Origin: Haliotis rubra
Lineage: Eukaryota
DNA length: 64,000 bases
Direction of reading: 5' to 3'
Assembly (NCBI RefSeq): GCF_003918875.1
Contig: NW_025767111.1
Location: 806,001-870,000 of the forward strand
Shown: piece after piece, positions 11,862 to 23,800 of the stretch
Numbering within the stretch: the first letter of the stretch is position 1
Layout of the letters: the number at the start of each line of letters is the position of its first letter
Notes under the pieces: generated by a model
Told to the model about the DNA's origin: nothing
The model's input: only the letters and a program-made list of their open reading frames with translations
Database searches by the model: none
Translations under genes and position numbers: made by a program

Positions 11862-14800
11862 CTGAAACATGGAGTGTTGAATGTTTGAACCATGTTTTCA
11901 TGTGGTGAAAAGACCAGAACTGTCAACTGACAAATGAAACAGTCTGAAACAGCTGAGACTTACCAGGTCTGTGTAATGTTCCCCTCAACCTTTTCATCAC
12001 AGAATTCCTGATCCTTGAGCTCATTGATACAGAGGGCCTGGAACAGAAGACACACACATTGTTACCTCAGCAGCAGCGTCCCATTCCACAGTGCCATTGT
12101 AATGCTACATCTGTCACAGGTCTATGTTAAGAGTTACAACTGTCTTAGTGCTACTATCACTTCATGGAACAGTTCTCCGGCTCACAGACACACTGATACA
12201 AGCATACATGGTATGAGGATCATGCAAACACACAAATTTTCACAGCATGTTTTCGATCAAATGTTTTGTATTCCCTATTTTTCACTTTTTTGAACGTATA
12301 TTTACTACTCTCTCTTCCATGTCTGGGAGGGGCATTTTCAAGGAAGATGATGAAGAGTTGTAACTGCTTCTACAGATTACTGGTACTTACATCCAGGCTG
12401 AACCTGAAGATGGAGATCCACTTGGCCCAGGTCAGCCACTCCCCAATAGAACCCAGGTTGATGAGCAGCCCACTGAACAACTGCAATGAACCACATGAGA
12501 TGCACAATACACATACACCCTTTTCAGAAACAATACAGTAAGTTACATGGTATTACCATGAAATCACACAGTGCTGTCTCCAATTCACATGAGTGAGGGG
12601 CGGTGGGGTAGCCTAGTGGTTAAAGAGTTGGCTCGTCACGCCAAAGACCCGGGTTCGATTCCCCACATGGGCACAATTTGTTAAGCCCAGTTCTGGTGTC
12701 CCCCGCCGTGATATTGCTGGAATATTGCTAAAAGCAGCGTAAAACTAAACTCAGTCAGTCAGTCAGTCAGTCAGTCAGTCAGTGAGTGAGTGAGTGAGTG
12801 AGTGAGTGAGGAGTGAGTGAGTGAGCGAGCATGGTACTATGCTGCTTTAATCAATATTCCAGCAAAGTCACAGAAAGGGACACCAGAAATTAGTTTCAAA
12901 CACCAATGTTGTAACTACAGCATAATGAGTGCACATATAACTCAATACACTACCCCACCGTCCCAGGTTGTGTCATGAAGTCCCATGTACTCACCATCAT
13001 GAAGACAAAGCAGAGTGAGATGAGGATGTTGGCAACAGCTCGGACCTGGATACTGGCACTGATAGCAAATGCCAGACTTGTGGCGGACAACGTTGTCAGG
13101 AAGAGATTCAGGAGGAAGAAGAAGAAATGACTTGCACCATTTTTGAATCCTGAAAAATAAATAGTGTATTGAACACACACACACGCACCTTTCCCTCACA
13201 CTAAAATAAAATATTAAATAAATGTTCCTCTTTGTTTGAGCACAATAAGTGATAAAGAATTTGTACATATTATCTCCAAAATCTATTTTACAATTAGATG
13301 TCATGTAAATTGTCAATAAGATGTCAAATAAATGTCATGTATATTCTGTATATCCAGCTGGGATGGGAAGGGATGTTCATATTCGAGAGAAACAAGGGCA
13401 TTACCTCACAACACATGAAATGAATTTGACGTAAGTGCTGTCACCCTGCTAAGGTTTCAGAATAGCAAGGGGCACAATGAGATATATAATATTTTCAAAT
13501 TCTGTGTGTATTCAAGTATAAAACTTCATATAGACTTCACAAAGACACCATTCAGTTTCTAAACTACATTTTCTTATCCAGTGAGCAGAGAGGCTTTATG
13601 GCAGCAGTTCCTCAAGCTGATTAAGGAACAACTCTGGTTGCTGATATATGAATGTGTTGGGTAACGTGTTGATGCAGTTGGACTAATAGGCAAGTACCGG
13701 CAACAATACTCACCAATGAGCCAGTAGACGACCGAGCTGAACACTGCTGTAGGTACCAGCCTCATGGGTACAAGATCGCAGAAAACTTTTGCCAGGAAGA
13801 ATGATGACACACGATAGAAGCCACTCACATTTTCATGCCTGATGGAGAGATGAGGGTGTGTTCATTACTTCAAAACTGAGTCGACTTGAACAACAACTGA
13901 TTTACCAGAGACTTCAGTCTTTTATCAAAAAGATTCTTAAAGTTGAGTGAGTGAGTGAGTGAGTGAGTGAGTGTAATTATACGCCGCACTCAGCAATATT
14001 CCAGCGATATGGCGGCGGTCTGTAAATAATCGAGCCTGGACCAGACAATCCAGTGATCAACAGCATGAGCATCGATCTGCGCAATTGGCAACCGATGACT
14101 TGTGTCAACCAAGTCAGCGAGCCTGACCACCCTATCCCGTTAGTCGCCTCTTACGACAAGCATAGTCGCCTTTTGTGGCAAGCATGGGTTGCTGAAGACC
14201 TATTATACCCCGGATCTTCACGGGTCCTTAAAGTTAAGACAACTGATGATTAACATGACATAAACTCACATAAACATAGATCTCTCACGAAGGAATATTT
14301 CTACAGCAGACAGGTTACCAAATATCTGATTCATCACCATGAAGAAAAAGGCACCAACTCTGAAACAAACAACAAAGATGTTCACCTGATGATTGTCGAT
14401 CTATTCAAGAAAACTAGGCAAGAAGGTTCAGTGTCACACTGTACATATTACACAGCCTAAAGTTCACTGTCACAGGAATAGGGCAAGGTCAACTGAAGCC
14501 AACGCACCTGTTCTGTATTCCCGAGGCTGCGGATGTGTCTAGCTGGAAGTACACAGCTCCAACGATGATGGCAAACAACAGCATCATGAACACCTGAAAA
14601 ACAAGTCACGTCTTCCTTTAATCTGCTTCATTAATAAGCTAAATAGATAAAATAGGACTATACAAAGCATGTATGTAATGTGTCTCACCAGCTTCAGTGT
14701 ACAGCTGAAGTAAGCATGTTCAGGAACACCAGCTTCAGTGTACAGCTGAAGTGAGTATGTTCAGGAACACCAGTGAGCATGTTCAGGAACACCAGCTTCA

Positions 14801-17800
14801 GTGTACAGCTGAAGTGAGCATGTTCAGGAACACCAGCTTCAGTGTACAGCTGAAGTGAGCATGTTCAGGAACACCAGCTTCAGTGTACAGCTGAAGTGAG
14901 CATGTTCAGGAACACCAGCTTCAGTGTACAGCTGGAGTGAGCATGTTAAGGAACACCAGCTTCAGTGTACAGCTGGATTGAGCATGTTCAGGAACACCAG
15001 CTTCAGTGAACAGCTGAAGTGAGCATGTTCAGGAACACCAGCTTCAGTGTACAGCTGAAGTGAGCATGTTCAGGAACACCAGCTTCAGTGTACAGCTGAA
15101 GTGAGCATGTTCAGGAACACCAGCTTCAGTGAACAGCTGAAGTGAGCATGTTCAGGAACACCAGCTTCAGTGTACAGCTGAAGTGAGCATGTTCAGGAAC
15201 ACCAGCTTCAGTGAACAGCTGAAGTGAGCATGTTCAGGAACACCAGCTTCAGTGAACAGCTGAAGTGAGCATGTTCAGGAACACCAGCTTCAGTGAACAG
15301 CTGAAGTGAGCATGTTCAGGAACACCAGCTTCAGTGAACAGCTGAAGTGAGCATGTTCAGGAACACCAGCTTCAGTGAACAGCTGAAGTGAGCATGTTCA
15401 GGAACACCAGCTTCAGTGAACAGCTGAAGTGAACATGTTCAGGAACACCAGCTTCAGTGAACAGCTGAAGTGAGCATGTTCAGGAACACCAGCTTCAGTG
15501 TACAGCTGAAGTGAGCATGTTCAGGAACACCAGCTCATGTGTACAGCTGAAGTGAAGCATGTTCAGGAACACCAGCTTCAGTGAACAGCTGAAGTGAGCA
15601 TGTTCAGGAACACCAGCTTCAGTGTACAGCTGAAGTGAGCATGTTCAGGAACACCAGCTTCAGTGTACAGCTGAAGTGAGCATGTTCAGGAACACCAGCT
15701 TCAGCAGTGAAACAGCTGAAGTGAAGCATGTTCAGGAACACCAGCTTCAGTGAACAGCTGAAGTGAGCATGTTCAGGAACACCAGCTTCAGTGAACAGCA
15801 GTGAACAGCTGAAGTGAGCATGTTCAGGAACACCAGCTTACAGTGAAGTGAGCATGCAGGAACACCAGCTTCAGTGTACAGCTGATTGAGCATGTTCAGG
15901 AACACCAGCTTCAGTGTACAGCTGAAGTGAGCATGTTCAGGAACACCAGCTTCAGTGAACAGCTGAACAGCTGAAGCATGTTCAGGAACACCACTTCAGT
16001 GTACAGCTGGATTGAGCATGTTGAACACAGCTCAGTGTACAGTGAAGCATGTTCAGGAATACCAGCTTCAGTGAACAGCTGAAGTGAGCATGTTCAGGAA
16101 TACCAGCTTCAGTGAACAGCTGAAGTAAGCATGTTCAGGAACACCAGCTTGAGCATGTGACACCAGCAGTGACAGTGAGTGAGCATGTTCAGGAACACCA
16201 GCTTCAGTGAACAGCTGAAGTGAGCATGTTCAGGAACACCAGCTTCAGTGAACAGCTGAATCACCAGCATGTTCAGGAATACCAGCTTCAGTGAACAGAA
16301 CACCAGCTTCAGTGTACAGCTGAAGTAAGCATGTTCAGGAAGCATGTTCAGGAACAGCCAGCTTGAGCATGTTCAGGAACACCAGCAGTGTACAGCTGAA
16401 GTAAGCATGTTCAGGAACACCAGCTTCAGTGAACAGCTGAAGTGAGCATGTTCAGGAACACCAGCTTCAGTGAACAGCTGAAGTAAGCATGTTCAGGAAT
16501 ACCAGCTTCAGTGAACAGCTGAAGTGAGCATGTTCAGGAATACCAGCTTCAGTGAACAGCTGAAGTAAGCATGTTCAGGAATACCAGCTTCAGTGAACAG
16601 CTGAAGTGAGCATGTTCAGGAATACCAGCTTCAGTGAACAGCTGAAGTAGCATGTTCAGGAGCATCAGGAATACCAGCTTCAGTGAACAGCTGAAGTAAG
16701 CATGTTCAGGAATACCAGCTTCAGTGAACAGCTGAAGTGAGAATGTTCAGGAATACCAGCTTCAGTGAACAGCTGAAGTAAGCATGTTCAGGAATACCAG
16801 CTTCAGTGAACAGCTGAAGTGAACATGTTCAGGAATCACCAGTTTCAGTGAACAGCTGAAGTGAACATGTTCAGGAACACCAGCTTCAGTGAACAGCTGA
16901 AGTGAACATGTTCAGGAACACCAGCTTCAGTGAACAGCTGAAGTGAGCATGTTCAGGAACACCAGCTTTAGTGTACAGCTGAAGTAAGCATGTTCAAGAC
17001 CACAGGGCTCGATATAGTGCTTTGTTACTTGCACTGGTGGAACCCAACATTAGTCTAACTTGCACCAGCTTCAGTTGAATGTTTATGTTGTAGAAGCAGA
17101 AAAGTAGAAAAGTCACATCACATAGAAATATCAGTAGCACAGTCCAAAATATTCCAGTTGATCTGAACTTCATAATAAATGAACATGGGATTTACCAGCA
17201 CAAGATAATGGAAACATTTTCAATCATGTACAGACTTATTTTTGTCCTACAAAACAATTTATGTAAGCTGATTGTTCTCTTGTCTTTCCTGTTCTTCTCT
17301 TACCCACCCTTCAGGTCACATCCAACACAGTTGTAATTCTGGGATATGTTCTAAGCTGGAGAACTTGCATTCAGTCCTATTCAGTTTTGTCGGAATGTGT
17401 TTCAAACGAATGTAGGAACTCTAATGACCTTGGCTAGTAACACAGTCTCCTCTACATATCTTCACTCAGGAGTTACATGTTTCTGAAACATTTGGGGCTG
17501 AGAAGTGTTGATCACCATGTTAAGTACTGAAGGCAAGTAGTGATAGGGATCAAATCAAATGACAGATCCTCAAGAAAAAATGTGTTCCATTTAACAGGGT
17601 ATTGTCATCACGTTTAACTCACCTGCATCATGGCTGCGTGTGGATTCCTGAGAATATTCCGTAATGTTCGACCAGCTACAACAACAAACTGAAAAGAAAA
17701 TATTTCATGAAGCTTTCTGATGTTTTGTTGATCCATAAATGTGGTGTATAATATATTCTGGTTATGTGATCTCATATCCACAGTTACACTTGTAAACATG

Positions 17801-20800
17801 ATATGAATCATTCGTAACTACTCGCGTCATTCCGGCAAGCCGGATGGCGTCTCCTACCTCTCTCGTGGCCATGTTTACGACTGGGCCCTGTCTAAGCGCA
17901 AACGGGCATGGGGATGAAAATAGTCAAATACTACTACAAAGGAAAGATAACTCTGAAATTACAAACATTGCTCATATAATATCCTATATCCCGTGGGCAA
18001 AAGAGCAATACAGTCATTCTGTTTGTAAACATGTTTCAGTGTTTAAAGTTTCTGATCCTTTAGCTCAAAGTTTATATGTTTAAATCGTGCTTTGCATAGT
18101 TTAGCGAAGTTTCAAAGTTCATTTTCATGCTTCGAAATGCATTTTACTACGTGCGATTTGATTGGTTTGCCACGATTCTTGGCAATAATGGCATATGATA
18201 GGGGTACGAGTCTTCTTGTAGGTCACGGAAAGAGGCGAGTAGTTAAGAATGGATATGAAAGTATGGGCAAGAGTTGTCTCCCTGTACCTGTTGCAGGAAT
18301 GAGGTTGCATACTCCACTCTCTCCATGCGGACAACGCCACCATTCTCAGACTCCTCCTTGAACTGGTTGTAGACTGGCTGCACCTCCATCATCAACCTAG
18401 CAACACCAAGTACAGGTTTAAATGACAACACCAACCACTAGCCAGGACAAGCCAGGATAAGCCAGGACACACTTCTCGGATTGATGATTGGTTAGAAAAT
18501 TCAACACTCATACAAAACTTACCCCATAAATTGATAAATTTTTGTAATGCTAAAAATACAACACAAGCAGTACCATAAACCACTCTACGGTGTTTTCAAG
18601 GTATTTCAAACAGTTATAAGGCATTTTTGGATGAAGGGAGGCGATACTGGCCTCAATACACTTGTACCATGACATGCAATAGAAGAATACATTCTACTAT
18701 TTGGGAGACAAGCCTTTATCAGCAAAACCACACATTACTTACTCTTTATGCCATTTGGATTTTATGAAGCCTTCAGCTAGGGTCTGGTTGACAGTCACCT
18801 CTTCTGTAAACAAGAAATAGTCAGAAGAATTAAGATATTGAAAATTTTAACTATAAATTGTATATTTATATACTTATCCTATCTCACGACTTGCACCTCT
18901 CTCTCTTCTTTCGACCATGAGTGGAAACGAATTAAAACTTTGCTCCAAGGCCTACCTTGCCCCTCTCCCGTGCTGTGCGTGCCTTCCTGTCTCAGTCGTG
19001 CTCACTAGTCCATGACAGCACGAGGCATGCGCAGTCCTCACCCACGTGATCACCTCACATACTCATTCTCGATCTTGGAGCCATAAAAGGACAAAACCGG
19101 AACGGTGGTAATCTATGTAGTGGGGAGGTAGGGAGGGACTTTATCTCGTGAGATAGGATAAGTATATGAATATACAATTTATAGTTAAAATTTTCAAATT
19201 TTTAAACTTATCCTATCTCACGACTTGCACTTATCCCACGGTAGGAAGGTGGGTCATAGATTACCCGAAATTCAAGCGATAACAGCTAAGTGTTATGCCC
19301 AAACAACCGTGGGAAGCAACTACAAGGTAGGCCAATAACTACCAAGTTACTACGTCTGCGAGGGTTAGTGCGAACCCATTGACTTACTAAGCACAATTGC
19401 TCCCAGGGACCGAGATTCGAGCAATGTGGTGTTCAGTCACTACCTTCACAAAGTGAAAGGACGTGAGCTTAACGAGTGTAATCAGTCGCGATCGCCACGA
19501 TTTCCAAGGTACCCCGCAATAAAAGTCTAACGACTAGTATCGGGCCAGCCCTGCTTGAAACAATCCCCACAGACACCGCCCCGAGGGAGGGTGAAAGAGA
19601 AATTGAATCGGTAAAACTCACAATTTTAACGTTCAGTACCACAACATCATCTTATGACTTCCACTACTTACCACAGTAAGATCACATAGATGTGTATAGG
19701 CACTTAGGAGCATGAACGCTACGAAGTGTAACACTTGGGGAAAGACTCACTTCACTGACTTAATTACTCCGTGGAGCAGAGGACAGTAAGTGAGGTGGCG
19801 ACTCTCTGTAGTCTCAAACAAATGAGAGGAGAAATCTAAATCCCGGAAGAAATAAAGACGGAAATCAGAAAAAGTTTTTCAGATTTATTCAGATTGTACA
19901 CAAGCAGACACGATCGCGACTTGGGATCAACTGCACATGTCTGTGATGTTGTGTCGCTGATAACTGCTGGGCAAGGACGAGTGGTCTAAACTGATGTTGG
20001 TCTTGAATATCCGTCACCGACACATCTCTGAGGTAATGAGATGAAAAAACTGTGTCAGTTCGCCAAAAACAATCCTCCATTATGGCAGTTAACGAGCAGT
20101 TGCTATGCAACGCCATGAGAAGCCAATGCCCTGGTTTCATGAGGGTTGACTGCCGTAGGTGGTGGCAAAACCGTCAAAGTGTAGGCTCGTAGCATTGTAG
20201 CTCGTAGCCAATATGAGAGTGTTGTGCGAGAGACTTCCGCCTTGGAAGCAGTAGACAAGGGTACAAACAGTCTCTTACGCGACGACGGCGGCTCTTCGCG
20301 ATGCTTTAAAGGTGCGCTTCTGAAGTGTAACACTTCGGGAATGACTCACTTCACTGACGTAATTACTCCGTGGAGCAAGGGACAGTAAGTGAGGTGGCGA
20401 CCCTCAAAAGCGTCTCAAAAGCGAGACCCATGCGATGGTCAATTCGAACCCATTGACTTACTAAACACAAGTGCTCTAGGGACCGGGATTCCCGAGCAAT
20501 GTGGTGTTCAGTCACTACCTTCATGAAAGTGAAAGGACGCAGCTTAGCGAGTGTAAACAGTCGATTAAACCACGATTTCCAAGGTCTGACGACCAGTATC
20601 GGGCCAGCCCCCTGCTTCGACACAACCCCCACAGACACCGTCCCGTGGAGGGTGAAAGGGTAATTGAATCGGAAACTCACAAGTCCCAGAAGAATCGAAG
20701 ACACAAATCAGAAATAAAATTCAGAATTTTATTCAGATTGTACACAAAGCAGAAACGATCGCAACTGGTGATCATCTGCGCTGAAGCTGATGGTTGTCCC

Positions 20801-23800
20801 GAGTGCCGAACAGGCGATAATGACAATGCTGAATTCCAATTCGTTGTGATGAAGGGCCCTTCTCCTGATGACCACTGCTAGGCCACTTGATGGAGAAAGT
20901 GAGCGCCGCCCCAGCTTGCAAGATGTGCCAACGAATAGGTGTTGAGTCGGTATGAAGGGCACCCTAGAGACTCCAACACAAACATTCCACTTGTTGAGCC
21001 ACCAACGAAAGACTGAATGTAGTTGTGCGGGAAGACGAATCAACTCCCTGGGGTTGTCGTCCCCGATGTATGGGCACAGAACCATCTGAAGAGGGCAAGC
21101 TGCAGCTGGCCCCTGTCAGTCAGCACTTGTGCCGACGCCAACCACCCTAGTAACTTCTGCCACTGGCGAAAAGGTGTGGGTTGGACCAACACTAGTGGTG
21201 CGTTGCACTGAATCTTGTCCCACCTCTCCTGGGGCACAAACATCATGACCTGGCGTGTTGAATATTGTCCCAATAAGAAGAAACAGCGGGGTCGGTGTTA
21301 CCCCTGATTGCTCCGAATTTAGCAGCCATCCTAATTGCGTGAGCAACTTGATGATGAACTGTCTGTGGAAAGGAAGGACGACTGGATCCTGCTGGGCTTG
21401 AACACAGTCGTCGATATTGTTGTCAATTGTCACGCTTCGACAATGCAGGTGGCTGGTTATCAGAATGGGTATCTGAGTAAAAAACCACGGGGGCTGTGCA
21501 TATGCCCATACAGCAGGATCCTCCACTGGTATCAATGACGCCCCATAAAAGTAAATCGAAGATACTTCCGATAGTCTGGATGTATCCGGATGTGAAGGTA
21601 GGCGTCTCACAGGTCGAGGGACTGACTGACTGACTGAGTTTAGTTTTACACCGCCTTTAGCAATAATCCAGCAAGATCACGGCGGGGGGCACCAGAAATG
21701 GGCTGAACACATTGTGCCCATGTGGGGATCGAACCGGGTCTTGGGTGACGAGTCAACACTTTAACCACCGGCCATAGGTCGAGGAAATGAGAGGTCTAAC
21801 CACTCTTGCCTCTGACCAAAAGATATCTCCTGATATAAGAACGTTCAATAAGTCGAGCAACTACGTCAGTTCTGACGGAGTGCTCAATGTAGTATGTTCG
21901 GCGCATGGAGATTGTCAGTCAATCTACAGGAACGTTCACATTATAAACAAATTGTAGAAATTCGTAGGATCGGTGACCTCAGGAACGTTTCTTTTGGCCC
22001 AACAAAATAATGGTGCGCCAGGTGGCATGATATAGGTAGTAGATCGCTGCCTGGTGACAATCCTTGCATAATGCAGTGACCTCTGAACTCAGTGCTTGAC
22101 TAGGCAAACCGTTCACGGGTGTTTCTGTCCGTCACCCTCAATAAGCAGTCTCTCTCGACTGGCTGTCAAAATCCGACACAGTCACTCTTACCGGGAATGG
22201 CAGCGTTCGTTGTTACTTGCATTTATAGGCTGGACTTGGTATCCGATTCGTGGGACCAAGAGAATTCTGCAAGGGCACTTCATAGTCACTCTAATCATCA
22301 AAATTCCAGTAAACAAACAGTAGTCCGCCATTTGCAAACGTTACACACGAGTGACAAAAAATACGGACAACATGGTCTTTGGTTAACCGGGCGAGTCGCA
22401 ACCCATAAATTTTCGGGCTGAGCTATGCTGGCTATTTGACAAAACATTGCGGTACCATGCGCTAAGAACTTCATCCATTTGTTATCTGTCCAGAAACTTG
22501 CTTATCATGTAAAACAAAGGGAGCTGAAGATGACGAGCCGTCTGCAACAATTGCACCCAGGGATACACAAACACGCTGTTACCAGTAGTCTGTAGTAACA
22601 AGACTCATCGGAGCGTCAGAGTATTCCTGGCTCATAGCGTATCTAGTTATGCCATATCGGTGGTTGCAGAACTGATATCTACACCAAAGGGTAGAATCGT
22701 TGAACCGAATCATTCATCAAAAGTGAAGATCGGATGGTAGATTAAATCTGGAATGAGATGAGCCCGGTCACGGAGGACTCTTGAGAACTGGGATCGTCAG
22801 GCGTCAAGTGCCGGCGTGATATCTCTAGATGACTGCGCTACTAACAACACATGTAAATCAAATCGGCAAGGTGAAGCACATAGCTACTACCTCTGTACAT
22901 TGATCTTGAACGGCCAGGTGATCTGGTTCGACGATAGGGAGCTTTCGACCTGGTGAAACGATCATGAGCCGGCTGGTAAATCAGTTCAGGGTGGTGAGCG
23001 GAAAGTTGGCGTGATCTGAATCAGTCCGATATGATCTGAATCGTGACTGATCTGGATCGGTTCGGTAATCCGAAACGGTTAAATGATCTCAGCTGATTGA
23101 GAGATCTAGAACGCTCAGATGAACCAGTGAGGCGAGGTGAAATGTTCCGGCCGAGGTGAATCGTTTCGGTGCTGTGAATTGAATCGATGATGTGAACTGT
23201 TTCGGCGATAAGAAACAGTCTTAATATTATGGCAAACTGAGTCAATGTCGTATTCACATACGGCGTGGCGAAACGGTTCGGTCTGGTGAATCCATTCGTG
23301 TATGGCGAACCGATTCGGTGTGGTGAATCGGTTCGGTCTGGTGAATCCATTTGGTATGGCGAACCGATTCGGCGTGGTGAACCGGTTCGGCAATTTGATG
23401 GTACGGTCTGGTGAAACCATTCGGTATGGCGAGCCGATTCGGTGTGGTGAATCCATTCGGTATGGCGAACCGAGTCGGTGTGGTGAATCCATTCGGTATG
23501 GCGAACCGATTGGGTGTGGTGAATCCATTCGGTATGGCGAAACGGTTCGGTCTGGTGAATCCATTCGGTATGGCGAACCGATTGGGTGTGGTGAATCGGT
23601 TCGGCGATTTGACGATGTAGATCGGATGTGTGAGTCAACTGGCAACACAGAGCGTTTTGATGAGGCGGAACCTCGAGAAGACATCTAATGATGCGCCCAT
23701 AAAATTATCACCGTCCGACATGGGAAACTGTGGACGACGAGCAGTTAATACCGGTCGTTAAAAACCGGGGTTTGTCGGGTGATCAACTGTTGAAGTGTAA

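Noticed and set aside
12597-12675. tRNA gene
   Set aside because: It is the tRNA-derived head of a SINE, followed by the SINE body and tail, with other copies nearby
15530-16680. Scrambled units in the middle of arrays (also ~8340-8720, 30770-30980 and 59770-60900) as biological higher-order structure
   Set aside because: The short random indels look like long-read consensus errors and cannot be judged without reads
14686-16998. CRISPR-like appearance of palindromic repeat arrays (also 2484-2866 and 59245-62070)
   Set aside because: Units are head-to-tail with no unique spacers, there are no cas genes, and the context is a eukaryotic intron
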